Part shown: positions 13,180 to 26,088 of the stretch, one piece after another
Numbering within the stretch: the stretch's first letter is position 1
Layout: every line of letters starts with the position of its first letter
Assembly (NCBI GenBank): GCA_951406725.2
Contig: OX597814.1
Location: forward strand, 117,242,001 to 117,306,000
Source of the DNA: Octopus vulgaris
Taxonomy: Eukaryota
Length of the DNA stretch: 64,000 nucleotides
Direction: 5' to 3'
Made by a program: the position numbers and the translations under genes
The notes under the pieces: generated by a model
What the model was told of the DNA's origin: nothing
Seen by the model: only the letters and a program-made list of their open reading frames with translations
Databases searched by the model: none

Positions 13180-14310
13180 AGGAGAAACCGCTGGGAATAG
13201 CTTGCGAATGTGCGGGCAATGACGAAAACAAACACGAAAAGATGAGGATATGAACCGAGTTCTACAGGAAAGCAGCCAGTAGAGATATGTTTGTTTCTCT
13301 ACAATTCAACCATTCCACTCGGTGCCAAAATAGGATACGCCAGAAATGAATTTACATGCATCCAGAGCAAGTGCAATAGAACAGAGGACAATGTCACCCA
13401 CACTACACACTTCCTAGAAGTATGGAAAACCAACGGGTTCGCTATATCCATTGTCGATCGGCATAAGTAACTGAGACGATAAACACGCCAAGTACACAGA
13501 AAACCCAACATCAAAAACTTCCTTAAAATACCCCATTTTAGCGGAAGGATAACTACAGCTACAGGAAGAGCCATAAAAAGAGGTGGAATAGACACACAAG
13601 TAGCCCACTCCGGCCCCTCTCTGAGAAGACACCTAGCAAAGAAAAGAGCAAGGGACAGCAATCAATGCTCATTAGGTAACTGACCCATGCGTGACACAGA
13701 TTAATGCCAACGGGTAAATGTTTTATATCGAATGCAATGTAACAAATGCAACAATTTCCATATGGGTAGTGCAACGAGACCATTACACATTCCCATCAAA
13801 GAACATCTAAACACGCGAACCTCCTCCTTCAGAAAACAACTAGACAGATGTCGGAAAACCGAAAAAAGCATAACAGTAACAACTGAGGCCAATGACAGAA
13901 AATTAGGAAATTTAAGAATTAAGGACAAACTAGGTCCCCAAATTAACAACAGGTTGGAAATTGACAATCAGTATATGATTTAACAACATCGGCATCCTGC
14001 ACGCTCGATGCTAACACGCTCATGTAACAAAACATTATATAGAAAACAATGAACGTGCAATACATAACTTTGAAGCAGCGCTTCGGATATACTAACACAC
14101 ACAATTCGAGACATGACTGCACTTCCGCACTTCTCATGAGGAGTCCCCGAAGGGGCTTCGTAAGACCATTATAAGGACGCTTCCGGCAGATTTCAGTAAA
14201 TGTTGGAGAAGCTACTATAACAGTGACTCCATTAATTCCTAGCAGCATCTGAAGAAGGAATTCTTATATTCCGGAATATTTTTTTAGACTATGAATAATT
14301 AAATTATTTA
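13180..14310 (+). mobile_element. Penelope-like element remnant (RT thumb plus GIY-YIG endonuclease)
   Basis: Fragments EFYRKAAS, FLEVWKTNGF and NVLYRMQCNKCNNFHMGSATRPLHIPIKEHL match the PLE GIY-YIG pattern; degenerate hammerhead-like CTGAAGA-a-ggaat..attcc at 14249-14275. Confidence 0.8.
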
Positions 14311-14492
14311 TTGTCCACTCAGCATTATTATAGACCATTCCATACCCGTTACACTTCACAAACAATGCACAATGCTTCCAGCGAACTATACACACATACA
14401 CTGACATGTATAATACTTATATATATATATACATGTAGTTATGTAAATATACATGCATATATATGTGTGTGTGAGTGCGTATGTGTAGAAAC

Positions 14493-14671
14493 ACTCTTTT
14501 ATTTGTTTCCGTTATTTGACTGCTGTCATGCTGGAGTACCGCCTTTAGTCGAGCAAATCTATTCTTTGTAAGCCTAGTACTTATTCTATCGGCCTCTTTT
14601 GCCGACTGCTAAGTTACGGGGGCGTAAACACACCACCATCGATTGTGAAGTGATGTTAGTGGGAAAAACAT

Positions 14672-14748
<77 letters not shown>

Positions 14749-14906
14749 TATATACGACGGGCTTCTTTCAGTTTCCGTCTTCCAAATCCACTTACGGCTC
14801 GAGGCTACAGTAGAAGACCCTTACCCAAGATGCCATGCAGTGGAACTAAAACCGGAACCATGTGGTTGTTAAGCAAACTATTTACCACACAGCCAATCCT
14901 GCTCCT
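14493..14906 (-). mobile_element. SINE family B
   Basis: Reverse complement of family B with internal (CA)n(TA)n. Confidence 0.88.
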
Positions 14907-15373
14907 TATTTAGTTTATGAATAAAATTTGATGTGTATTTAGAAAACGAAGATCATAAATGTGGCTTCATATGTTACGTGTAACCAAATAGTGAAGGCAA
15001 GGTACACATTCACTCCTGAGAAATGTGATGTGTTTGGAATCCTGTTGATTATATAGAAACTTCTCCTTGTAGTGTTGTGTGTGAAGCACGTAATCTGTTT
15101 TAGAGTATTAAATTGAGATTTGTTTGCATTTTAAAAGTTATTTGCTGATCATCTCTTTCCATTTTACTACAATTAGTAGCCGAATGATGCTTAAGCAGTC
15201 AAAGTAAATGTAAGTATAAGTACAAATACACTTTTCTCGCTCATGATAACACAGACACACAGACACACACACACACACACAAACACAAACACAAACACAC
15301 ACACAAACATACATACACACATATATGAGTGTGTGCATGTATATGTATGTGTACAAATAGATATGTATATATA

Positions 15374-15426
<53 letters not shown>

Positions 15427-15869
15427 GTGTGTGTGTGTGTAGATGTGTGTGCGTGTGTGCGTGTGTGCGTGCGTATATATACAGCGGTACCAGCGTTAAT
15501 CTGTGATGAGGAATAAACGAACTTTAGGCTAATTAAAATACGTTTGAAATTTTTTGAGATCCTAAAGCCAAACTCGTTGCGATTAGCGTGGAATATAACG
15601 TCTCACTTATGGTAAAACGCGTAGAAACACCACATATGCCAGGATGCGTTTCTTCTCCTTTAAACTTTAACAGCAGTAAATATCAGTGACGGAGTTGCCC
15701 TCGCGGAGAAATTTTCTCTGCCAGAAGTGCAATTAATTTGTCATTAGTAAGTCGTAACATGTCACAAACATATTTTAACGAACTTCAAATTCGTTTATTC
15801 CTTATAATTGCTTAGTGTTGGTGCTATTGTAATTATTCCGGGCTGGAAAATTTTCGGAGACGAACTGCT

Positions 15870-16159
15870 GTCATCGTCATCATCATCATCATCATCATCA
15901 TCGCCAATATCCACGCAATAATTAACATCACCACAGTCAACACCAACACATCCATCACCACCATCAACCCAACCACCACCACCATCGCCACCCCCACCAC
16001 CAATACCACCCCCACCACCCGTACCCCCACCACCCGTACCCCCACCACCCCCACCATCACGCCCCCACAGCTACCGCCACCGTCATAATCACATCACCAA
16101 CGTGATCGTGGTCATCATTATCATGCTCATCATGATCCACCTCCTCCTCCCCTCACCAT

Positions 16160-16198
<39 letters not shown>
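15870..16198. repeat. (CAT)n/(CAC)n low-complexity tract
   Basis: Directly visible. Confidence 0.9.
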
Positions 16199-16475
16199 AA
16201 GCTTAATGTATAACGTTTCGGTGATTTTCTCTTTAAATATTAATTTCATCCATTTAAATTCTTTACTAGAGCTGATAGTCTGAGATAATCTCGTTTCAGC
16301 TTCGAAATGTTTGTAATTCTCTTTAATAATTAGCTTACAGCTTTGATCAGAAATTGAGTAATTCGAGACTTTTGCGCCTTTAAAATGTTACGTTTAAGGA
16401 AATATAAATCAACTGTTTCGTCTTTCCTGTTCTTTTCATCTATCTTTCTTTCTCTATCCTAATCTCACCGTCTCA

Positions 16476-16706
16476 TATATATACCAATTAAGGACTGAGC
16501 ACGAAAAGTGGACAGTCAACATGCTAGATATAGACGTCAAATCGCCATTCTCCACAAATATTATGTTCTCAAATAAAATAAAATTCAGCACAATTGTGGT
16601 GAATTTTATTTGAGAACATAATCTTTGTAAAGAATGGCGATTTGACGTCTATATCTAGCATGTTGACTGTCCACTTTTCGTGCTCAGTCCTTAATTGGTA
16701 TATATA
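16476..16706. repeat. Near-perfect 231-bp palindrome
   Basis: ccaattaaggactgagcacgaaaagtggacag... mirrors ...ctgtccacttttcgtgctcagtccttaattgg; centre near 16590-16597. Confidence 0.9.
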
Positions 16707-16821
16707 AATATTTTAATCTTGGGATTCTTTTTAATATGCTAGACCACTGGTTTTAATTGACTAATATCAATTTCTACCCTTAATTAATTTTTAATTTTAT
16801 ACATATATATATATATATATA

Positions 16822-16985
16822 CAGTGGAAATTTACAGAAACAGAGAAAGATTAAGACAGGTGTATGAACAACAAGCAGGTGTATTACTTTGACGCTCGGG
16901 AAAGCGAGAAAGTCATTTACGTTTCGAGCTTAATCTCTTCAACAGAAAAGAGCACGAGGAAATAAACAGAGAGATAATAAATAAA
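16822..16985 (-). mobile_element. Short pLTR-like repeat with variant hammerhead
   Basis: Minus strand reads tttt-CTGTTGA-agagattaagctc-GAAAC-GTA; same family as 11509 and 33380. Confidence 0.55.
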
Positions 16986-17233
16986 TAAATAAATAAGAAA
17001 AAACTTCTGGAGTTTGATAACGAGAGGACAGTTCTTAAGAGGTTAGGTTTTTTTTGTGTGTGCGTAGGCATCTGCACGCGCGTGTCTGTGTGCGCATGCG
17101 GTCTGTGCACGAGAGCGTTTGTGGTCTAGTTTCCGTGTTTGTATGGCTGAATTTATTTTGCGAATGAGGGATTAAGTTCGGTTGTGTGTGTGCGTGAATG
17201 GTTGTGTGTATGTGCCTGTCATGTCTATGCATG

Positions 17234-17302
<69 letters not shown>

Positions 17303-17309
<7 letters not shown>

Positions 17310-17535
17310 AGGGTGATCCCTTTGGTAATGTATGACGATGGGATTGCATCTAGAAAAGTTAGACTCCGGGGCACAAGTCTTTGCAAGGTTGCTTTTTAAT
17401 AGAAGACGAGCAGTCGTTCAGGCATACCACGCCACCGTTGTTTTCCAAGGGAAAGGCAAAGGCTGATACAGCTTGGCACCAGTGAGATTGCAACTCATTT
17501 CTAGAGCTGAGTAAACTGGAGCAACGTGAAATAAA
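17303..17535 (-). mobile_element. Headless SINE fragment sharing a central domain with family D
   Basis: Minus strand tttatttcacgttgctccagtttactcagct...aaatgagt matches 53246-53291 and 54838-54880. Confidence 0.55.
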
Positions 17536-17539
17536 TATA

Positions 17540-19162
17540 CAGTTGCGGCCAAAATGTTCAGAACGGCATTGTTTTCGTCAGAAAAGTAGATGTAATTTTT
17601 TATCCAAGTTTGTTTTATATTCTATAATTTTCACAGATAATAAATACGATATAATTTGTTATTGCCTGAGATTTCGGTGTAATTTGATAGGATAATACAA
17701 AAGTTATAAATGATTTAGTGATTTACTGCAAAACCCATGGGGGCCGAAATGATCAGAACGGTTGTTTTACTCCGTGTTTTAGTATATTTAACCGGTGAAC
17801 TCTAATGTTTTGAATTTGTTTACGTGACAGTTCATTTACTAAACATTAGTAAGAATATTTGCAGTGTACTTTGTTTATATAATGCCACTTACTCCGTTAC
17901 CAATTCGTCAGCAGATTATTAAGCTTCGAAGGAAGGATAATTTAAGTATTGGATCTATTGCAAAGATTGTTACCAAGTCAAAAAGTGTTGTACACGGTAT
18001 TCTTAAGGTCTACGACGATTGTGGTTCGTGTGAGGCAAGCCATTTTTATGGTAGGCCAAGAAAAACGACCAAGAGAGAAGATCGTGCTATGGTAAAGTTG
18101 GTTAAAAAGGACAGATTTAAAACTGCTGCTGCTGTTTCTCGGAAAATGAGCATTGTATTGAAGAAAACTTTATCTCGAAACACTGTGTCTCATCGTTTAG
18201 TTGAACATGACCTACAAGCAAGAGCACCTGCAGTGAAACCACTGAGCAGCTCCAAGAATGAAAAGTGTCGTCTTACCTTGCAACCGAACATGTGTTGTGG
18301 TCTCAAGAAAAATGGCAAACATTGCATTTCAGTGATGAATCTAAGTTTATGCTATTTGGCTCAGATGGGAAAAGGTACGTTCGTAGAAAAGTAGGTGAAA
18401 AATTGTTGCCTAAATGCCTTAAGACTAGTGTTAAATTCGGTGGAGTGTCATGGTTTGGGGAATGATATCTGGAGATGGTGTTGGCCCTTTGCTGCGATTA
18501 CATGGAAAGTGAAATGCAGGAGTTTATAAACAACTTATAAAAGATCATGTCTTGCCTGTGCTGAGAAATTCAACTAAGCGACCACCCATATTCATGCAGG
18601 ACAATGCCCCATGTCACAAGGCTAATGTGTTCACGAACTTATCAAGGCTGAAAAGGTTATTGTTATGGATTGGCCAGCTCAAAGCCCAGATCTCAATCCT
18701 ATTGAAAATGTGTGGAATATTCTAGGAGACGGTTCGAAAGCCAGAAATCCTAAAACAACTGAGCAATTATGGAATGCCCTTCAGGAAGAATGGAATAAGA
18801 TTACCCAGCAAGAAATTGAAAGTTTAATTTCCTCATGCAGTCGAAGATGTCAGAGTGTGATTGAAGCTAAAGGGCTTCACACTAAATATTAAATAATTCC
18901 AGTATTCTCTGTCATTTTGGATTATTTTGTTATTTTTTCAACTGTTCTGATTATTTTGGCCGCCATGGGTTTTGCAGTAAATCACTAAATCATCCATAAC
19001 TTTTGTATTATCCACTCAAATAACACCAAAATCTCAGACAATAACAATTAATAGTGTATTTATTGTCTGTGAAAATTATAGAATATAAAACAACTTTAAT
19101 AAAAACTTATACCTACTTTTCTGACGTAAACAATGCCGTTCTGAACATTTTGGCCGCAACTG
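17540..19162 (+). mobile_element. Tc1-family DNA transposon, full length, 1623 bp
   Basis: About 225-bp TIRs 17540-17764 / 18939-19162 starting CAGTTGCGGCC; TA target duplication at 17538-17539 and 19163-19164; internal transposase. Confidence 0.95.
17882..18892 (+). pseudogene. Tc1 DD34E transposase, frameshifted
   Basis: HTH region with GRPRKTT; catalytic motifs HFSDESKF, FMQDNAPCH, WPAQSPDLNPIENVW; about three frameshifts and an in-frame TGA near 18510. Confidence 0.93.
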
Positions 19163-19520
19163 TAAATAAAAATATTAATATTTTGGATTTGCTTTGCAAG
19201 ATTCCTTATGTGAGTTCGTGTGTTGAAGCATATTCTGTTGTGTCTGGGAAGAGTCATTCTCTTTTAGTGCCTTATAATTTAACACACTCACCTGTAAAAT
19301 TTCCACTCATTTACTTATTAATTTATAGTTGTTGGAATAAATAACGGACTGAATAGCGGCTTGATAGCTAATGTTGGAATAAATAGCGGCTTAAATAACG
19401 GACATAGTCACCAACTATTGATAAGTTTTCAAGATTTCAGAAAAATAAAAAAGTAAATGAGTGGACATTTTACTAAAAGAGAACGGCTCTCCCCAGACAT
19501 GTATTTCCTCTCATCAAATC

Positions 19521-19773
19521 TTAGTAAAAGTTTATAAAAAATTGAAAAATTTGAAGTAAAACCAGCCTATCTATGTCTGGTGGTCAAAGAACATGTCTGG
19601 AGATTTTTTCGTTGAAGTCTTCTTTAAGTAGACTGTGTAGAGTTCAGAGTGTTACAGAGGGAGGGAAGAGGTGTCTTTTGTCTAAAAATAACTTTGTGTT
19701 CTTGTCAAGGGAGTGGCTAAAAAGCGTTTATTGAATGGGTTTTATGTCCACCTGTTTGTGTATGTGTGGGTGT

Positions 19774-19828
<55 letters not shown>

Positions 19829-20615
19829 TTGAATGTCCTTTCGATATGGTTTGAAATATGATTAGCTGTGAGTTGGGTGAATATGTTGTGAAGAATTTGT
19901 CTTGTTGAAAAAAGAATCAGGAATATTCTTTAGGTTAGATGTATTCTTTTGAGTTTCTCCACCTCTGTGTATGTGTATGTTCGTGTGTGTATGTGTGTTT
20001 TTATAATGTTTTCTTTTTTGGTATGTGTGTGTTTGTGTGAACAGAGCTGTGTGTATGTATGTGTTTTGTGATGTTTTCTCTTGTATGTGTGTGTGTTTGT
20101 ATGTGTGTATTTTTGTGATGTTTTCTTTTGGATGTGTGTGTTTTTGTGATGTTTTCTTTTTTTGTGTATGTGCGTATCTTTATGTGTCTGCGTGTGTATT
20201 TTTCATGTTTCCTATTGAATGTGTGTGAGTGTGTTTGTGTGTTTGTGCGTGCTTTTTTGTGAAAGAAAACATCACAAAACACACACCCGCATACACATAT
20301 ACTCACATACACATGCAAAAGAAAACATCACAAACACACACAAAGATACACACATGCACAAAAAAGAAACATTACAAAATCACAAACACACACACACAAA
20401 CACACAAACACACGCATGCACACATACACACAGCTGGTGACTACACACATACACACAGGTGGAGACACTCAAAATAATACACCTAAGCCAAAGAAAAATG
20501 CTGATTCTTTTTTCAACAAGAGAAATTCTTCACAACATACTCACCCATCAACGCACAGCTGGTCATTTTTCAAAACATTCTGAAAGGCCATTTAACACAA
20601 CACACACACGCACAC

Positions 20616-20654
<39 letters not shown>

Positions 20655-20890
20655 GAAGAGGACATAAAACCCATTCAATAAATGCTTTTTGCCCACTCCC
20701 TCGACAGGAACACACAAAGATTCTTTTAGACAATAGACATACCTCTCACTGTCTAACTCTTTTAACTCTACACCAAAATATATTTGAAGAAAACCTCAAC
20801 GGAATATCTCCAGACAGGTTCTTCACCATCAGACAGAAGATAGACTGTTTTTACTTCAGTTATTTTCAAATTTTTATAAACTTTTACTAA
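19521..20890. repeat. Large imperfect inverted repeat (about 1.37 kb)
   Basis: Begins ttagtaaaagtttataaaaa and ends tttttataaacttttactaa; internal blocks mirror, and GT-rich sequence switches to CA-rich near 20260. Confidence 0.85.
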
Positions 20891-21026
20891 TATTTTATAA
20901 GATAATATATATCGAAAACGATAATATTAATATTTTTATCTATATAATATGTTATTAAATTCCCTCTTAAACTGAATTTTCTTAGATTTAATCCTGCGCT
21001 ATTTACACCTTCATCTTTTACACACA

Positions 21027-21057
<31 letters not shown>

Positions 21058-21086
21058 GTATAGTAAAATATATTTGGCAGTCCTCA

Positions 21087-21608
21087 TTAGCCCCAGGAAA
21101 ACATATTTTCCAGCTGGCTACCGACTCACAACTGCGTCCTTATACCACGAACAATGGAGCTAATGTTCCACTGAGACTTAAACGGTACCTGCAAACCATG
21201 GTTTTGGGATTATTTTCCCTTCATCGGAACGTGATTCCCGTTGGCTAGAGATGGCAGCACTACGCCTTGCAGGAAGTATATTCTTTTAAAGTGATCTCGT
21301 AAAGAGGAAAACAATTAGGTTTAAATCTCAGTGCTACAGAGTAAAATCTTTTTGACAACGTAAATCGACAGTTTTAATTAGGAAGATGTTACTACCTTTT
21401 TAGCCCCAGGAAAATACCTTCTCCAGCTGGCTACCGACGCACAAATGCATCCTTATACCTCGAAGTAGGGAGCTAATATCCCCACTTAGCCTTAAGTTGT
21501 GCGTTGGTAGCCAGCTGGAAAAGATGATTTCCTGGCGATAATTTTACTCTGTAGTACTATTACTACTTCTCGCTCAGATATTTAAAAGTAATTGTTTTTC
21601 CCTTTATG
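21087..21608. mobile_element. Decayed pLTR-like element: direct repeat plus inverted segment
   Basis: ttagccccaggaaaa...ccagctggctaccgac at 21087 and 21400 (period 313); inverted copy from 21496; dead hammerhead-like motif on the minus strand 21193-21227. Confidence 0.55.
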
Positions 21609-21635
21609 TATATATATATATATTTATATATATAT

Positions 21636-21674
<39 letters not shown>

Positions 21675-23042
21675 ATGGAGAAATTATACAAAATGCATGA
21701 ATAGATGATGAGTAAAGCACCGGTACAATTTCGATTACCCGTTGTTATCCGTAGCGTTATTGCAGTAACCTCGTAGTGGCGGTTGGGGAAACAGTATTAA
21801 TAAATTAGGAGATGGAATGTGTAATAGACTTCATTGGGTACAACACATGTTTCGCCCCGTTCTGGGTCACTTCGCTCGGCTTAGGCACCGCTATATGTCC
21901 ATCAAATTCGAGAATAACTAAAAACAGAAAAGTTTTTGAAACGCAAAATATTTTAAAATATGAACGTGAAAATTTATATATTTTAATTTAGAGAAAATGA
22001 CGTAATAAACCTTCGCTGTTGTAACCGTTAAGAGAAAGAAAAGGAAGTAGAATTTGAAAAGATAGTAATAATTAGGCAAAAACATTTTGTGTTCGTGCTT
22101 AGACGCACATATACATACATACACACACACGCATATATATATATACGCACATATACATACGCGCTCACACACACATCCAAGTATATGGGCATATACATAC
22201 AACTACATTCACATGCATACGCACACGCATGGACGAATACATACACATACATACAGGGGCACACGTGTATAAACACATAAATATACGTGCATAGCATAGA
22301 TGAATATGTGCATATATTCGTACGAGAAGCAAGATATAGTATTAATAATGATCGGCGGAACGAACAGTTTTCCATTTTATATATCTATAATTGTATTAAA
22401 CAATTCTTTACAACGTTCTCTCGTGCACCTAGGCGCGTTTCAACTGCACCGACTGCACAGCTAGATATGCAACCTCCTGGTGCCAAATACTAAATTAAAG
22501 TTAATTGAATACCTCTAAGAACAAGAATATTCTCCTTCAAATGAGGAGAATGATAAAATTTTGATTGTCCTAATATATATTACAGTTAATGAAATTCGAA
22601 ATTATAAATCATTAGAATACCATTTATGAACATAAGAAACAAGTGGTAAATCAATTTAATTCAACACCTCAAAAATTAAGAATATTCTCCTGGAATTAAT
22701 TAGAATGGCAAACGTTTTTGATAATACTAAAGAAACTGCGCAAACTTTTAACGTAACCTTAACTTTTTAAAGTGTATTTTGCTTTACCTACAAAACTTAG
22801 CAGAAGTGACCCATGGGTCATCGATGCTACAACTATTTTTAGTAACACCAATACCTCCTTAAGGATACACTATTCCCTCAGCTACCCGGTTCCTTCTGCT
22901 TCATTCGAATGAAACTGTACCGAAATCGGCACCTGGGTGTTGCATATCTAACAGTGGTCAGAGGTTGCAGTTGAAATGCGTGTAGGTCCGTGAAAGCATG
23001 CCCTAAATAACTGTTTAAAATCAGATCTCCGTTCATGGGCCT

Positions 23043-23087
<45 letters not shown>

Positions 23088-23182
23088 CATTACTATGGAA
23101 ACAATGCAGTCCCGAATAGGACACTCGCATCCACCAAACGAGAATAAATACAAGAGTCTAACAACTTGTTAGCTCGGGTATC

Positions 23183-23235
<53 letters not shown>

Positions 23236-23288
23236 AGTGTGTATATATGTATGTACGTATGTATATATATATATATATTATATTATAT

Positions 23289-23376
<88 letters not shown>

Positions 23377-23853
23377 CGAAGAAAATGGAGGGAATCTAGA
23401 AGTAGTATTCATCAGCTGTTAGACATTATATTATGCCTATTTATTTATTTTGAACAGTTCAGATAATATATAAATACATGTGTAAATTAGTAATGTCTAG
23501 AATAGAGAAAGAGGAACAGTTTCTTACACCTGTTTCAGCCAAGAACCACAGTACCCTATATGTTATTCCCATCTTTTCAATATATTGTAGTAATCAGTGC
23601 ATTGTAATAAATAAATATACATAATATAATGTCTAGCAGCTGGTGAATACTGCCTCTGGATTCCAACCGTTTTCTTCTTGCTGTATAAAATAAGGGTAAA
23701 ACCACTTATTACCCTCACCTAATTATTATATTCAGTGGGGCAATTGCCGCACAATAACGAACACTTGTGTATTAATTAGGTATTCTAACAGCAGTATATT
23801 GGATAGATACTATCCCTTGGTTGGATTCACAACCTCTAACTTCCTTTGAAATT

Positions 23854-23919
<66 letters not shown>

Positions 23920-24788
23920 CCACATATATATATATATACATGCCTACATTTATATATGTGTATATATACATGTATATAAGCGTACATGACGTCAAAAATC
24001 AAGAACAAAAAAAAAACAAAAGTATAGAAAACGAAATTTTCGGACAACAAAAGAAACAAATAAGAAAAGAGACAGGCAACATAAAGAACATTCCCTTCAT
24101 CTATTGTTCCCTGTTTTATCTACTCCGCGTTTCGAAGGTAGGGTCAAAATACGACTTTGTTAAAACAGTCCTTCCCGCAGAGCAGATTAATTAAAATTTG
24201 GGATTTTTTGCAGAGGGTTAAAGTGCTAACAAAAACAAGAGAGTTAGAACAAAACAGTAAAACGACTTGTTAAGGGCTGTTATGCCATAACGAGGTGAAG
24301 TGGTGTAGGTTTGAAAAACGATCTTTGAGAGGAGACAGGCAAAAGCACATCTTGTATTTAGGAAGGAGGTGGAAACATATATACATATATATATATTTGC
24401 GCCTCTGCATAAACATTTCTCTTTTTATAGTGTAATGCAGACCATGAAAAATACATTATCGAAATTTTATTTGTTCCCTGACTATATACCATAAAATATC
24501 TACGTCAATTTACATGTGTCACAAAACTTTCTCTAGCATTTCTATATTTAACCTTTCATTATTTCCTCTTTACAACTTTTCAATATTAACATCACCAAGA
24601 ACAGTTAAATTCACAAAGATTTCATTGTTGATGAGCGAGTGTGATTTAGATGGCTTTAATTATGATGATATGTGTGAGTGTGTGCGTGTGTATTTGTGTC
24701 TGTTTGTATGTATATACATAAGCGTGTATATATATATGTATGCATCTATACATATATGCATTAATATATGTTTGTGTACATGTGTATG

Positions 24789-24830
<42 letters not shown>

Positions 24831-25263
24831 TACACAAACCTATAATTAATGCTTATATGCATAGATGCATATATATAAATATACACACACTTATGTATAT
24901 ACATACAGACACACACAAATACACAAACACTCACACATATATACGTATATAAGTATATATATATGAAATCGTTGCCTCTTTGTTCTCGTAAAATGGCTTC
25001 CTGATTAATTTCTCTTAGTTTGTCTGTGATACAGAAGGAAGCAGTACAAGCTAGATTCCTTGGAGTAATATATTTGTTCTGAATAACCACAAAAACTACA
25101 GGACTAATAAATACATAGTTCACTGCATTGATCCCTGTCAACATATATATTAATACACACAGACTCAGAACCACTCTCCCACCTACACACATAAGCTGAT
25201 ACAAACATAAATATATATACACTCACACACACACACACACACACACACGTATATATATATATA

Positions 25264-25490
25264 GGCGGCGAGCTGGCAGAAGCGTTAGCGCGCCGGGCGA
25301 AATGCGTAGCCGTATTTCATCTGTCGTTACGTTCCGAGTTCAAATTCCGCCGAGGTCGACTTTGCCTTTCATCCTTTCGGGGTCGATAAATTAAGTACCA
25401 GTTACGCACTGGGGTCGATGTAATCGACTTAATCCGTTTGTCTGTCCTTGTTTGTCCCCTCTGTGTTTAGCTCCTTGTGGGTAGTAAAGA

Positions 25491-25492
<2 letters not shown>
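25264..25492 (+). mobile_element. tRNA-derived SINE, family A
   Basis: Near-identical to 9000-9230; inserted in (TA)n. Confidence 0.92.
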
Positions 25493-25526
<34 letters not shown>

Positions 25527-25530
25527 CCTT

Positions 25531-25563
<33 letters not shown>

Positions 25564-25564
<1 letters not shown>

Positions 25565-25978
25565 CTCTTTTACTTGTTTATTTGTTTGAGTCATTTAACT
25601 GCGGCCATGCTGGAGCACCACCTTTAGTCGAGCAAATCGATCCCAGGACTTATTCTTTGGAAGTCTAGTACTTATTCCATCGGTTGTTTTTGCTGAACCG
25701 CTAAGTTACGGGAATGTAAACACACCAGCATCGGTTGTCAAGTGATAGTGATGTTGGTTTGGCAAACACAGACACACAAACATATACACCCATACATATA
25801 TATATATACATGTATACGACGGTCTTCTTTCAGTTTCCGTTTACCAAATTCACTCACAAGGCTTTGGTCTGCCCGAGGCTATAGTAGAAGACAGTTGCTG
25901 AAGGTGCCACTCAGTGGGACTGAACCCGGAACCATGTGTTTGGTAAGGAAGCTACTTACCACACAGCAACTCCTGCGC
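25564..25978 (-). mobile_element. SINE family B
   Basis: Full-length reverse-complement copy. Confidence 0.9.
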
Positions 25979-25998
25979 ATGCAATATACATGCATACA

Positions 25999-26088
<90 letters not shown>

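Noticed and set aside
21835-21900. Possible minus-strand hammerhead (cgaaacatgtgtt)
   Set aside because: No CUGANGA core or stem I found.
24120-24190. Hammerhead-like gaagg/ccttc-GAAAC on the minus strand
   Set aside because: Core and cleavage triplet are non-canonical; too degenerate to call.
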